Program-made: the position numbers and the translations under genes
Part shown: positions 41,840 to 63,130 of the stretch, in pieces
Layout: every line of letters starts with the position of its first letter
How positions within the stretch are numbered: the first letter of the stretch is position 1
Notes under the pieces: generated by a model
Databases searched by the model: none
The model's input: the letters and a program-made list of their open reading frames with translations, nothing else
What the model was told of the DNA's origin: nothing
Source of the DNA: the human T2T-CHM13v2.0 reference genome, Homo sapiens
Reading direction: 5' to 3' (one strand)
Length of the DNA: 64,000 bases
Assembly (NCBI RefSeq): GCF_009914755.1
Contig: NC_060933.1

Positions 41840-42123
41840 GCTGGGTGCACTGGCTCATGCTTGTAATCCCAGCACTTTGGGAGGCTGAGGTGGGCAGATC
41901 ACCTGAGGTCAGGAGTTCGAGACCAGCCTGGCCAACATGGTGAAACCCCGTCTCTACTAAAAATACAAAATTAGCCGAGTGTGTTGGCACATGCCTGTAA
42001 TCCCAGCTACTCGGGAGGCTGAGGCAGGAGAATTGCTTCACCCAGGAGGTAGGGGTTGCAGTGAGCTGAGATTGCACCACTGCACTCCAGCCTGGGCGAC
42101 AGATACTCCGTCTCAAAAAAAAA
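41840..42123 (+). mobile_element. AluS
   Basis: Full Alu. Confidence 0.92.
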
Positions 42124-42516
42124 ATTTTTTTTTTATTTTAAAATATTGTACCACTTTTAATTTCTTCCAAATAAGCCAAAGTTTACATTGCAAGTAGCTT
42201 GATGCAGTTACAGGAAGGAGTTACCATTGTCCTTTGAGGGACTTTGTGGGCTCTATAAAAAAGGATAATTCATAAGCAATATTGTAGGTAAATACATATT
42301 ATTTTTTAAAAGTGGCTTTTTACTTAGACTACAGTGATTATGAGATCTGTTTTTTTCCCTCATTCCAAAATAAGAAACCAATACAAAAGCCATTAAATGT
42401 ATTTATAACTTAATAAGATACTATGTTGCTCCCCAGAGTATTCTGGTCTGCTTAGTGCAACAGCTAACCTTTGTTAATGGAAGCTAAAGGCTTGCCTCTA
42501 GAACTGCCACCGTTAA

Positions 42517-42886
42517 TTAGATAGGGACGGCAATGTCACCTACCTGGCAGGGTTGGTGTCAGGGTGAAGGCTTAATCCATGGAAAGCGTTTAGAACGCCG
42601 CAGAACACAGTGGCCCCGGGGAAATGTAAATGCTAGCAAGGAGTGAGCCCTTTGGTCACTGTGGCACGTGAACTTAAAACTGCTGTGGTCGGGAGCGGAT
42701 GGGGAGGGGTCAATGCTCCTTTTACCCGCCCATTCCTTGGAGTAGGCCTTGATGATAGCTTTTCTACTAGTTTGAAAATCACTGGACTTTGTATTCCTGG
42801 GGTTAATTTCTACATGTATTTCCTAAACCTGAGGGTTCAAGTAGGGTTAGCTGCTGGTACCAGTCCTAGAGCACAGTCTGGGGGTG
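42517..42886 (+). repeat. Left arm of long inverted repeat (370 bp)
   Basis: Reverse complement of 43690-44060. Confidence 0.97.
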
Positions 42887-43689
42887 TGTTAATTTGGGGT
42901 TAGCAATGCTGTGATAAAATCTCACTTATTAGGATTCTCGGGAAAGATCCTCAACTGCACAGCGTTCCACTCAGGATAGAGGGATGACAACGCTGTAAAT
43001 GCTGCTGGAATTCCTTCAGGATCTGGCTTAGCTAGAAATTCTAGGCTTAAACATGACAGCAAAGTGACCTTCAGCCAAACTAGAAAGGACTCATTTTTGC
43101 TTCACATAGAGCATGTCATATTGTGTGAATCTCTTTTGTCTATTCATAATATGAAGAATATAAGCGAATTTGTCTTGGAGAGAATTTTTTTTTTACTGCA
43201 GTTCTATATATTTATTGGCCTCTGAACACCCACTCAACTCACTAAACACTATGCCGACTTTAATAGATATAAGAAAAATTGGGATTATGGAGTAAAAATA
43301 ACAGCTCTAAGTGAAGATCCACTACATGCTTAACATGTGTTAAGAACGCAACTTGGATTAACTCCTTTATAACAGAACCATGAAGGAGAATTTCCTTCCA
43401 GGCCTCATGTAGCGGAAAAGGATGACAGCTTCCTATTCTGTTGGTGAGATGTTTTTCTTCTTCAGGGAAACCCCTCTGTAAGGGCTTCCTCCTGGGCCAG
43501 CAGGGATGTCTATGTCTGGAGTGAGATGCAGACAGTTGTCCCTCTCAGGGCACCAAGGCCAGCTTCTGATGCTCGGGAGCAAGGACCTAAGTAGGCCAGG
43601 CTGTCCTACTGACGCCTTTAGGTGGTGGGTGACTCGCCGGATCCCCCTCAGGCTCTTGCACTGGGGTCTCTGAGGAGAAATAGAGACTC

Positions 43690-44060
43690 CACCCCCAGAC
43701 TGTGCTCTAGGACTGGTACCAGCAGCTAACCCTACTTGAACCCTCAGGTTTAGGAGATACATGTAGAAATTAACCCCAGGAATACAAAGTCCAGTGATTT
43801 TCAAACTAGTAGAAAAGCTATCATCAAGGCCTACTCCAAGGAATGGGCGGGTAAAAGGAGCATTGACCCCTCCCCATCCTCTCCTGACCAGAGCAGTTTT
43901 AAGTTCACGTGCCACAGTGACCAAAGGGCTCACTCCTTGCTAGCATTTACATTTCCCCGGGGCCCACCGTGTTCTGCGGCATTCTAAACGCTTTCCATGG
44001 ATTAAGCCTTCACCCTGACACCAACCCTGCCAGGTAGGTGACATTGCCGTCCCTATCTAA
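43690..44060 (-). repeat. Right arm of long inverted repeat (371 bp)
   Basis: 6 substitutions + 1 indel vs left arm by manual comparison. Confidence 0.97.
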
Positions 44061-44768
44061 CAGGAGAACACTAACTTTCACAGATGTAAGAAACCCAGGC
44101 AGCCGGTGTCCTGGGCCCCACTGAGCTAGCTACGCGTGCCCTGTTGCTATCTTGTGACTGCCGGCCCAAGGGCCCAGAATGTCAGAGGAAACCCCACTCT
44201 GCCTGCTGGCGCCCTAGAGAGGGGTTCTAAAGGCCAGGGGTTTATCTGGGCCCCTGACCATTGCCCTAGTGTTTATCTCCAAGAGACTGTGGGTCTCAAC
44301 ACCAGCAGAACCTGCTTATCTCCACGTTTTTGGGCCCCAAGCTGGCCTACCCTGTTCCCATTTGCTCTGGGACAGCCACTCCCTCACAGCAGCCTCAACT
44401 CCACACGTAGTCTTCTGCCCTTGACTGCTCCAAGGCCTCCTCCTAAGCAGATCTGATGCCATCATCTCCCACGTGAGGTCCGCCTGACAGGATCTCAGCT
44501 CCTCAGCTTGGCCTCCAAGGCCCTTCCAGATCTGACACCAGCCCTCTTGTTGGTTCTGTTCCTCTGCTCCCCACTTGGGACCTGGGTACTCTCCTAAGGC
44601 TTCTCTTGGCTCTTCCATGATGATTCTGCCTTGAATATTCCCTCCTCCTCTTTTCTATTCACTCCCCTGTGACTTTTCCCCTCCTGGGTGAGCTCCTTTC
44701 TATTGTTCTAGGCTCTGCAAAAATCATTGCCAAGACACCTTCCCTGAGCATCCCACCCAGCTGCTTAG

Positions 44769-47556
<2,788 letters not shown>

Positions 47557-49348
47557 TAACTGGGACACTCTTAACTGTGAATATGGTCCAAGCTACTGAA
47601 ATTAATTGATCTGTAGGACAAGACCAAAGTTAAGGCCACTTCTTGTAATAGCTGTGTAGCTATCTTCAATCACATCTCCTTTGCTGGGTGCTTTCAGTTA
47701 ACTCATAACTTATCACCTGACTTTGAAAAGGGGCAAAACTTCTCCATCAAAGGTTTCTATTTCTGCCTCCTAGGCTTTTCCCATTCCCCTATTTGAGCAG
47801 AACCTTTTTCTTATGTTTCACCTGCCATAGTTCAGCACGTTGACTTCACAAGGGCAGCATGGAAGCTGTAGAATAAATCAGACCCTCAAACAGCAGTATC
47901 CATCTAGTAGGCAGAGTCATGCTTTCAAAAAACCATAAGAGCCTAATGCTGTGTGATGTTCTAAGCACTGGAGATACAGCAGTAAATAAAATAGATTTTT
48001 TAAATCCCTCCTATCCTGGAGTTCACATTCTAAAGACAGGTAAGAGTGGTCCCTCTCCAATGCTAATGAGAAGTACCACGGACTCTCATGTAGGAACAGA
48101 ATACCTAGGAAAGACGCAGGAAGAATGGCTGGAATTCTGACCTTGGGAAATGTGGATTGGAGTGAAGAAGAGGCCATCCACTGCCAACACCAAAGTATGA
48201 AGAAAGGTACGGAGGTGGGAAAGTGTGGAGGTAGCTGTGGAAATACAGTAGGAAAGGTAGGTTGAGGGCCATATTGTTACCATAGTAATGTATATCAACT
48301 TCCGAGCATTTACTTATGCCAGGCTGTGTGCTACCTTCCAGATGTGTAATCTCATTAGGTCCATACTACAACCCAGCTTGACAGGGGAAACTGAGGCTGA
48401 GACAGGTTAAGTGATGGAGCTGGAATTCTGAACTAGGTTGTCTGACGCTAGCACCCCAGCTCACAATGATGACACCGCATTGCTGCACAAGGTCACGAAG
48501 GGCTACAGATTTCAGGCTGAGGACTGGTGGACTTGATTTCATAGGAGCTCATCAGAGCTGCCAGGAAGATTAGCCTGAATGATAGGATCTAGGACGTGGT
48601 GTGTGTGCTGCATTCCCTACGTGGGCTGAGTGACTAATAATAGGCTTACCAATATGGTCTCCTGGGTGTGGAACAGGTGCCTGGAGGGAGGAGCCACCAG
48701 GAGCCCAGGTAGGTCAAGTTCAAAGTCAGTGATGAAATGAGGCAAACCCAACTCCTAGTAGCCTAATGGGGGGCTGTTGTTAGCCTAAGTAGGGCCATCT
48801 GAGAACAAGGATTGCAGAGGCTCCTAAACCTGGTTTTCTTCCATGGGACTTGCCTCTGGCAGTGGTCACGCAACCTTCCAGTCATGTATGCCAGCCAAAC
48901 TCCAATGAGCAATTCCTTTCATATAATCAAGCATTGCTCCACCAGTGTCCTCAGGATGAGCCATGCTCGTGCCCTCCTTTCCATGAGGCTCACGCAGGGA
49001 ACGGCAGCTGGCAGGGAATGTCAAGAACCCCATCCCACACACATGCTTCAGAGGTCCAGTCCTTCATACCGGGAAGGTGGCTGTCCCCGCCCATCCTCAT
49101 TGTCTCTCACCTGGATGATTGCTCCAGCTTGGCCTCCCCATTGCACGTCATCCTACATATTCCTATCTGCCTCACTTTTCGAAAACCTCATGCTGCCAGG
49201 CTGCTCAGAAACCTCCATGGGTTTCCCAGTTCCTGCCAAAGCATACCTACTGTAGACCTATGCCTAGTCCAGACCGTAGGCTTGGACTTTCTTTCTGGTT
49301 TGTTTCCTTCCCCACTTTTGCATCCTACTTACTCTACTCTCCAGCTAA

Positions 49349-50067
<719 letters not shown>

Positions 50068-50549
50068 AGGCAAGGCTATTTCTAATGCCAACTTCTCTAA
50101 GAAACTTCCGCTTTTCTAGCCCAGCATCATCTGTCTTTACTTAGAACCCCATAAAGTTTAGGTCGTGTACTGCACACAGGCATCATTTAGAGCACATTTC
50201 TAGTTCTGTGAGGACCAGAGGGCTGCGAGATCAGCTTGCTTCTGTGTTCCTTACAGCCTAGGGCCTGGCCCCCAACAGGTGATTGTTCATTTGAGGTCAC
50301 AACGGTCTCCTACAGTCTTGAGACAGACTTGGGAGTGGCACTAGCAGGGTGAGAGACTGGGGAGACCAAAATACTCCCTGAGATCCAGAGATACCCAATT
50401 CCTGTTCTGGTGAGGGCTACAAATGTACGAAACTGCACCCTTACTGGTTGTGTTGCCTCTTGTAAATTCAATCATCCAGTAAATACAGATGTTTCATTAC
50501 CAGCCACTCCCAAGCCAGGCAGGACCTGCTTCAGAAATTACTGGGTGTT

Positions 50550-50878
<329 letters not shown>

Positions 50879-52036
50879 TCAGCTTGGTCACATTCAAGTT
50901 TCTCCCCTCTTCGGGACTGAAATGTGCTGAGCCACAAAGAAGCTCCTGCAGCTCCTCCACCAGCCTGGCCTGCGAGCATCTGTCACAGCTGGCGTGTGGT
51001 GCCTGGGATCAGGAACTGGTCACTGTTCACAAGCCAGAGTGGTCTGACCGGGCCGTATGTCAGCCACCCTCTACTCTACCCCTAGCTGAGCTGCTTCTGC
51101 ACCTCCTGGTCTCTGCACCCTCTCTGCAAATGGAGGCCCATGGTCATTCAGGCTGGATTTTCTTTTGGAACTTAGAAAAATGACTAGCTTGGCTGACTTT
51201 AAAAACACAGTCTCTTGTTCTTTGAGTCATCTTATCAGGGTCACAAACCTCTCTTTCAGAAGTCTGGACCCCAAATTGCCTCCCTCTACCTTGGGCAGGA
51301 TGAAAGTCAACTTGTTATTCTACCGAATGCCTGGGAGGCAGCTTGTCCTGTGATCAGAGTTGGGGGGTGGGGGGATTCTGCCGGGTGGAAGGGCAGCCTC
51401 CTTTGTGGTTGGCAGCCCCTCCCCAAATATGACCCTTATCTGCTCCAGGCAAAATTGTCACATGCTCTTACAGATTTTCACCTGTAACAGCTGCACTTTC
51501 CAGCAGCTACTGACCCCTGGCCTCCATCGGGGGTAATGATACGGAACTTGCACAGACAGTGATCCAAGGGAGAGACCCTGGATAAGCATTCCCACCGCCC
51601 CCCCGCCCCCCACCTTTATTCACTAGAAAAGGAAGGTTTTCTCTTGGTAGAGTTTAATGACCCCTATGGACACAGGAGAACTGGGCTGAATGCACCATTC
51701 TTTCCATCGCGCTATTAGTTTAAACTTAAAGAAATTTACACAAAAGCTTGCATTATCATTGTGTGATTCAGTCATGGACCTCAGGATTTCCTGCTGGCCA
51801 CATGCACTTTTTTTTTTAGTAACTGAAGTATGATCAAGCATAAAAGCACAAATCATAAATGTACAACTCAATGAATTTTCACAAAATGAATGTGCCCGTG
51901 TCACCAAGTATCTAGATCAAAAAACATGGAGCTCAAAATTTCCCTCATTGTTCTTTCCAAGGGTAACCTATCCTGACTAGTAGCACTATAGAGTAGTTTC
52001 ACCTGTCTTTGAACTCAGTATAAATGGGATCGTAGT

Positions 52037-52433
52037 GGCCGGGTGCGGTGGGTCACGTCTGTAATCCCAGCATTTGGGCAGGCTGAGGTGGGAGGATTGC
52101 TTGAGCCCAAGAGTTTGAGACCAACCTGAACAACATAGGGAGACCCAGTCTCTACAAAATAACAGAAAATTTTTTTGTCGCCAGACGTGGTGGCTTACGC
52201 CCGTAATCCCAGCACTTTGGGAGGCCAAGGAGGGCGGAGAGTAGCTGGGACTACAGGCACCTGCCACAACGCCCGGCTAATTTTTTTTTTTTTTTTTTTT
52301 TTTTTTTGTATTTTTAGTAGAGACAGGGTTTCACCGTATTAGCCAGGATGGTCTCAATCTCCTGACCTCGTGATCTGCCCTCCTCGTCCTCCCAAACTGC
52401 TGGGATTACAGGCGTAAGCCACCGCGTCCGGCC
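52037..52433. mobile_element. Alu monomer (+), then fused inverted Alu fragments (52180-52238 +, 52239-52433 -)
   Basis: Strand switch at ...gggcgga|gagtagctggga. Confidence 0.85.
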
Positions 52434-52533
52434 TCTGCTGAAGAAGTTTAATGGGAAGAGGAATCCAAAAGCTAAGATATCAGCAAACATGAAGAAATGC
52501 TGCATCCGTTTCACTGAAAAGAATCGCTGTCCA

Positions 52534-52991
<458 letters not shown>

Positions 52992-55164
52992 TTACAAGTG
53001 GACTCTGCCTGTTTGTCAACTGTATGGAAAGGCAGGGTGAGCAGCAGTTTTGAGAGGATGTTGGCATAAGGACCCAGGAAGGCTGGCATGGTGGGAGATG
53101 GTCTGCCTACAGGCAGGGTGGCTGGAATGCTGCCTAATCCGGAGGGTGCTACGAATCTGTGTTCCCTGGTTCCGAGCCATCTCATTCTAGCAGGAGCCTG
53201 ACCTCTTTTTGTCCTTCCTTTGTTCCTTATTTTAAAACATTTATTGAGCACTTGCCTGTGCCCAGCTTGGTGCTATGCTCAGGGACCACAGTGGGAAATA
53301 AGACAGTCCCTGTCCTCCAATCGCAGGATGCCCGTGACAATAGGAGATTCTGGTAACTTCTAAGAACCACGAGAGAGCAAGACAAGGTCCCTGTTGTTAA
53401 GCTGCTTATGTCTGACAGTCAGCAGATGTCCAGGCTCAGTGTGATAGTTCCCAGGTAAGTTGGGCGTGATAGAGAAGCTGCAGGAAAATAAGACCTCATC
53501 TCAACAAACCCCAGCCTGGATGTAAGAACTACTATCTATTGCATGTCTATCACATACTAGGCACTTTGTAAAGCACTATACAATCATTATCTCCTAGGAC
53601 TGCTCCCAGCAACCCTGTGGGATTAAACAAGTATCTCCATTCTATAGATGAGGAAACAGAAGCTCAGAAAAGCATCTCCTTTGTTCAGTGAGTTTTGACA
53701 ATGGAAACTGTGTCCTTAATTTATTGCTTGACCAGAAGTTGAGCCACCCCTAACTAGACTTCAGGTCTGAAAGTTCTGTTGAAGAGAATGGGTGCAGGTT
53801 ACCCACTTATCTGAATGTCCTATGAGTACTGGAGGCAGGTTATAGGGAAAGTCTTTTAGTATATTTTTGTCAGCTAAGCCAGGCTTCTGGGCTTGGAAAT
53901 TAAAAACCTGCTTTGGTTCCAGCCAGGAGGAGGGATTGAAGCAGAGATACTGAGATTCTCTCTGTGCAAAAAAAAGTCATCTGGATGAATTTAACCTACT
54001 GACTAGTTTGGCAGTGAACACCAAGGTTTCTGGAAGTTCTAAAAGCTACTTACTCTCAGGGAGAAAAACGGTATCTTGCAAGCCAGGGAATTAGAAATAA
54101 AGGAACAGCCAAGATACCTCAGTCTTCCGGAGTCTTGATTGACAAGGAAGACATCCTCCCCTTTGAACAGAGACAGCTCTTCAGGCTATGAGGTGGAAGG
54201 GAGGGAGGGAGCAGATCAGTTGAAGAGTTTTCTCTTTAAGTGGCCAGAGGCAAAGATTCCACAGAGCTAAGCTCCATGATGAAAGGGGAGCCCAGAATGA
54301 CAGCAAGTCAGGGGTGGAGTGAGGGAGGGGGAGGCTTGAAGGAGGGCAGGGGGAAACAAAGCCAGGGTGCACCTCCACACCGTGCTGCTCCCTCACTGCC
54401 CCCTGCATTGCTACCATCTGCTCTGCCCCTCATATGCCCACAGCTCCTATTGACCCACCACCAACTAAGTGCAATGTTCTGCAGACCACTTTACCTCTGC
54501 TATCTCCTGGGATTCTTCTAACAACGAGCTAGGACAGGTACTGTGACGATGCCCATTTTACAGAGGAGAAACCTGAGGTTCAGAGAGTCTGATTAACTTG
54601 CCCAAAGGCTCATGGTTTTTACCATGTGTGCCCAATCTTGGAAATGCAGTGAAAGAAGTCAACTGCCCAGTAACAGCGGAAGCACTGAATGTGAAAACAA
54701 GGCCAGTGAAGCTCTGGGCCAGGGATGGGGAGCAGGACTACAGAGCTGGAACCAGGAGACAAAGGGGACCCAGGAGCTGAGGAGGAGCAGATCCCAGAGG
54801 AGCCAACAGAAGAGGACTGATCAGAGCAGGACAAGTAAACAGGGCTCAAGTAAACCCTGGGTCAACATCAGCAGAGAGGAAGATGGTCAGGAAGGCAGGT
54901 AATGGTACCAGGGGTCCCTGCTCCCCTGACATCCATGAGCCTCCTCTTGTTTCATAGAGTAAGGCAAGACTAGAAGAAAAGTAAGAATTCCAACTAGTAT
55001 TAAAACACCCTCGTTGGTAATGTATTTCTTCTCCTGTTCCCCTTTCCCACACCCCTTCTCACCATCTAGCATATCACACATGGTTACTCTATGCCTCTCC
55101 TTCCCATGAAAGCATGAGATAGCATGTAAGCTTAAGAGTATGGACTTTTTCCCCTATCTAGTTC

Positions 55165-56107
55165 TTTTTTTTTTTTTCTTTTTTTTTTTGGTGAGATGGA
55201 GTCTTGCTCTGTTGCCCAGTCTGGCAATGTGCAATGGCACAATCTCTGCTCACTGCAACCTCCGCCTCTCATGTTCAAGCAATTCTCCTGCCTCAGCCTC
55301 CCGAGTTGCTGAGATTACAGGCGTGCACTACCATGCCTGGGTAATTTTTGCATTTTTAGTAGAGATGGGGTTTCACCATGTTGGCTAGGCTGGTCTCCAA
55401 CTCCTGACCTCAGGTGATCCGCCTGCCTTGGCCTCCCAAAGTGCTAGGATTTACAGGTGTGAGCCACTGCACCGGCCTCCCGTGTCTACTTCTATATTCA
55501 CATTCCTTCTAGAGCAATGCTTGGCACTTTGTAAGAGTTCAATACATATTTGTTGAATGAATAAGTATGCAACAGTAGTTTTCATGACAGGCTCTCCCTG
55601 GCACCGTGGGCCTCCCTTGTGCAGCTGGGTCTGCGTGCATCATGGTGATCTCACCTGATTGGGACTCCTTCAGTGACTATTTCACAGCCTGAACAAGCAA
55701 GGCAAGGATGCATGGGGACTCTAGGAAGCAGAGTTAAAACAGATGCTGAGCACTCTGTTCATGTTCAGCCAGGAAGAAAGGCAAAAGTCAAAAAAGCAAG
55801 GTCAGCCAGGTGTGGTGGCTCACACCTGTAATCCCAGCACTTTGGGAGGCCAAGGCGAGCAGATCACCTGAGGTCAGGAGTTCGAGACCATCCTGGCCAA
55901 CATGATAAAATCCCGTCTCTACTAAAAATACAAAAATTTACCAGGCATGGTAGCGCATGCCTGTAATCCCAGCTATTCAGGAGGCTGAGGCATGAGAATC
56001 GCTTGAATCTGGGAGGCGGAGGTTGCAGTGAACCGAGATCACACCACTGCACTCCAGCCTGGGCAACAGAGTGAGACTCTGTCTCAAAAAAAAAAAAAAA
56101 AAAAAAA
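55165..56107. mobile_element. AluS 55165-55477(-) and AluS 55804-56107(+)
   Basis: Full dimers; second has TSD aaaaaagcaaggtca. Confidence 0.9.
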
Positions 56108-57249
56108 GCAAGGTCATGGTGACAATGAACAAATGTGTACATTGGCCAAGACTCATCATACCTCATTAAAGTTTATTAAAAGAAAAAAAGCAAAGACAGA
56201 CTCTCCCTCCTCCACAGTGCTTGGGACAATGATCTCATAGCCCCCCGGGATTTTTATCCCCAAAGGGCTCCTCTCCATTCTGATTCTCTTGTAAGGAGGA
56301 AGGGAATAAAGGACTGGCAGAAGAAAAAAAAAAAAAAAAAAAGGAAAGAGATTAAAGAGAGACTCCCTCCCCTCCTACTCTCCAGATCCCCACATTTGAA
56401 ATCTTTAGTGAGGTCTTCAAGCAATCAGATTCCATAACTTTTATTTTTAAATAGCTCTCAACTCTGAAGAAAGCCCTGAAGTCATGTCTAAGGTCAGTGG
56501 AACTATTTGCTCTAGGGAAATTTACTTAGAGGGAAAAGGTTCCATCTTCCCAGGTATCTATTTAAAAAGCCTTGGTCATCAAAGTCATCCTGCAAAGCCC
56601 TCTGACTTCTGAGCGAAGGCGAGCAATGTTTCTGGTCTCATGTTTGACGGACAGGATGTTGGCTTTAGATTAAACACATGTGGCGGCGTGAATGCTCTTC
56701 ACGTGCGGCTGGCTCCCTTCACTGAAATCCAGGTTGTGCTCAGCAGGTTTCTGCCTGGTTTCTAACACTTACAGCACAAAGTCACCTCTTTAAACCAGGC
56801 TAGATCTTTGAAGATGTCTTCACTTTTCTGACTGCCTGTGAGAAAATGCAATGTGAGTTACATCAGTCCACCCTGAGACATAGCTTTCAAGAATGCCATT
56901 GATTCTGAGCTATACTCTGGATGTAATGACTGCCTCTGGGGCAAAAAACACACAACCATATTAAATATATGCATCGATTGTAAGTTGTCCTCTGATTCCA
57001 GAACAGAAATTCAGTGACATTAGTCCCTGTTTTCAGATGAGTAAGAAAAAGTAAAAAAGATTAAGTGATGCACTCAAGGCCACTTTAAAGGCCCCTCCAT
57101 TCTCTTAACCAGCACACAACACTGCCTACCACAGTACTGTGAGTGTGGTTATGAAACTTTGCAATTGATGGCTCTGATGAAAATTGAGAGGCAATTGCAC
57201 TGTGTTGAAAAAGTGGGTCCTGTTGAAGGCACGCTTTTTGACCAGGTAG

Positions 57250-61822
<4,573 letters not shown>

Positions 61823-61949
61823 GTTTTGAGAGAGAGAAAACCTGCCCAAGGTGGTAAGTCAAGAGACCCCCTATGACAGGTCCCCAGAGCCCTGCTGCTA
61901 ACCACTGCACCTTGCTGCCTTCAGCTGCCCTGCCAGGAGCAGCTCGGGT

Positions 61950-63130
61950 GCGTGGCATGCGCCTGAAGAGATGCAGGAGGGAGGGTCTTGGAAGGGAGGG
62001 CTGGGCTGGGGGCAGGCCCCCCAGTGCTGGGGGGGTCGAGGGTCCTGGGCTCTCTCCCACCCGTTCGATTCCGGGAGCCCCTGAAACGCGCCCCACTGCA
62101 CCGCCCTTCTCCCGCCAGCAGGGGGCGCCGAGGAGAGCGCGGGCTGAAGGCAGAGCCGACGCCGCTTCCCGGAGTCGGGACTCCGGGGTCCAGACCAAGG
62201 CTGCCGCTAGCCCGCGGCGAGGCTCTGGGACGACAACCGGGCGGGACTCAGGACCCCGGGCCCTGGCTAGAGGTCCGCCGCGCAACGCCACCACCCGGGT
62301 TGGCGCCTGCCCGGAAGCGCGGGCGTCCAGGGGGCGGGGCCGGGAAGCGCTTCCGGGGGCGGGGGGCGCGGGCTGGGGCGGCAGCCGGAGCGGCGGGGAC
62401 TGGCCTGGCGCCGGCGGCGGCGGAGGGGGCGCCGCGGGCGGGCGATGTGAGCGCGGCGCTCTGGACAGGTGAGGCACGCTGGCCGGGGGCGGCGAGCAGC
62501 GGGCTAGGCGCGGGCGGGGCAGGCGGGGCAGGCGGGGCGGGGGGCAGTCCCCGGGCCGCTGTCCGGCTCCCTCTGGGCGCGGCGGGGCGGGAGCCTCCGC
62601 GCCTGGTCAGTCCCGCGGGCAGGCGGCCGGCGCGGGCGGGAGCCGAGGCCGGGCGGGGTCCGGAGGCCCCGGGCACCTGCTGGGGTCAGGCGCGCGTCCC
62701 CGAGGGGCCAGCTGTGCTCGGTCCTGGAGTCCCGGCGCCGCTGGCCCGGCTGAGGGTCGCGCTCGGGCAGCTGCCCTGGGCTCCCAGCCTCCGCCCGGGG
62801 CGTCTCGGGATCCCCAGCTTCCGGGCCCCTAGCCCTGGGGGCGCTCCCTTTTGTACGGGGAGGGAGGGCAGATGGTTGAGTTCCCTGGAGAGCCGGCCGG
62901 GCCAGGGGTCGGCCCTTCGGGTGGCTGCCACGGAGCCGCTGCCTCACGCCACCGCCTTCCTCCAGGTAAACAGGCGGCGGCGACGGGTTGCGCTTGGCCC
63001 CAGACGTCTCCGTGGCCACTCGCGCTCAGTTGGTCCTGCCATTGCGGAGGGCTGGGCTGGGGCTGACCGGGGTTGTAAACAGTGCCCTTCTAGGCCAAGT
63101 GGCTGTGCTTTCAGGGCGGCACTCGTCTGG
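61950..63130. promoter_or_regulatory. ZBTB34: CpG-island promoter of the next gene (ZBTB34 by recalled gene order)
   Basis: Very high GC/CpG; ETS sites, GC boxes, G-runs; gene identity from recalled synteny, CDS lies outside the window. Confidence 0.8.
62340..62468 (+). other. ZBTB34: Non-coding exon 1 of ZBTB34 (start approximate; donor CAG|GTGAGG)
   Basis: Consensus donor inside CpG island; collinear similarity to ZBTB43 exon 1. Confidence 0.7.

Noticed and set aside
43117-43155. Small hairpin tcatattgtgtgaat...attcataatatga in the inverted-repeat spacer as a possible pre-miRNA
   Set aside because: Stem too short and AT-rich; chance level
42643-43933. Near-identical ORF pair MSPLVTVARELKTA... 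on opposite strands
   Set aside because: GTG-start ORFs that only reflect the inverted repeat
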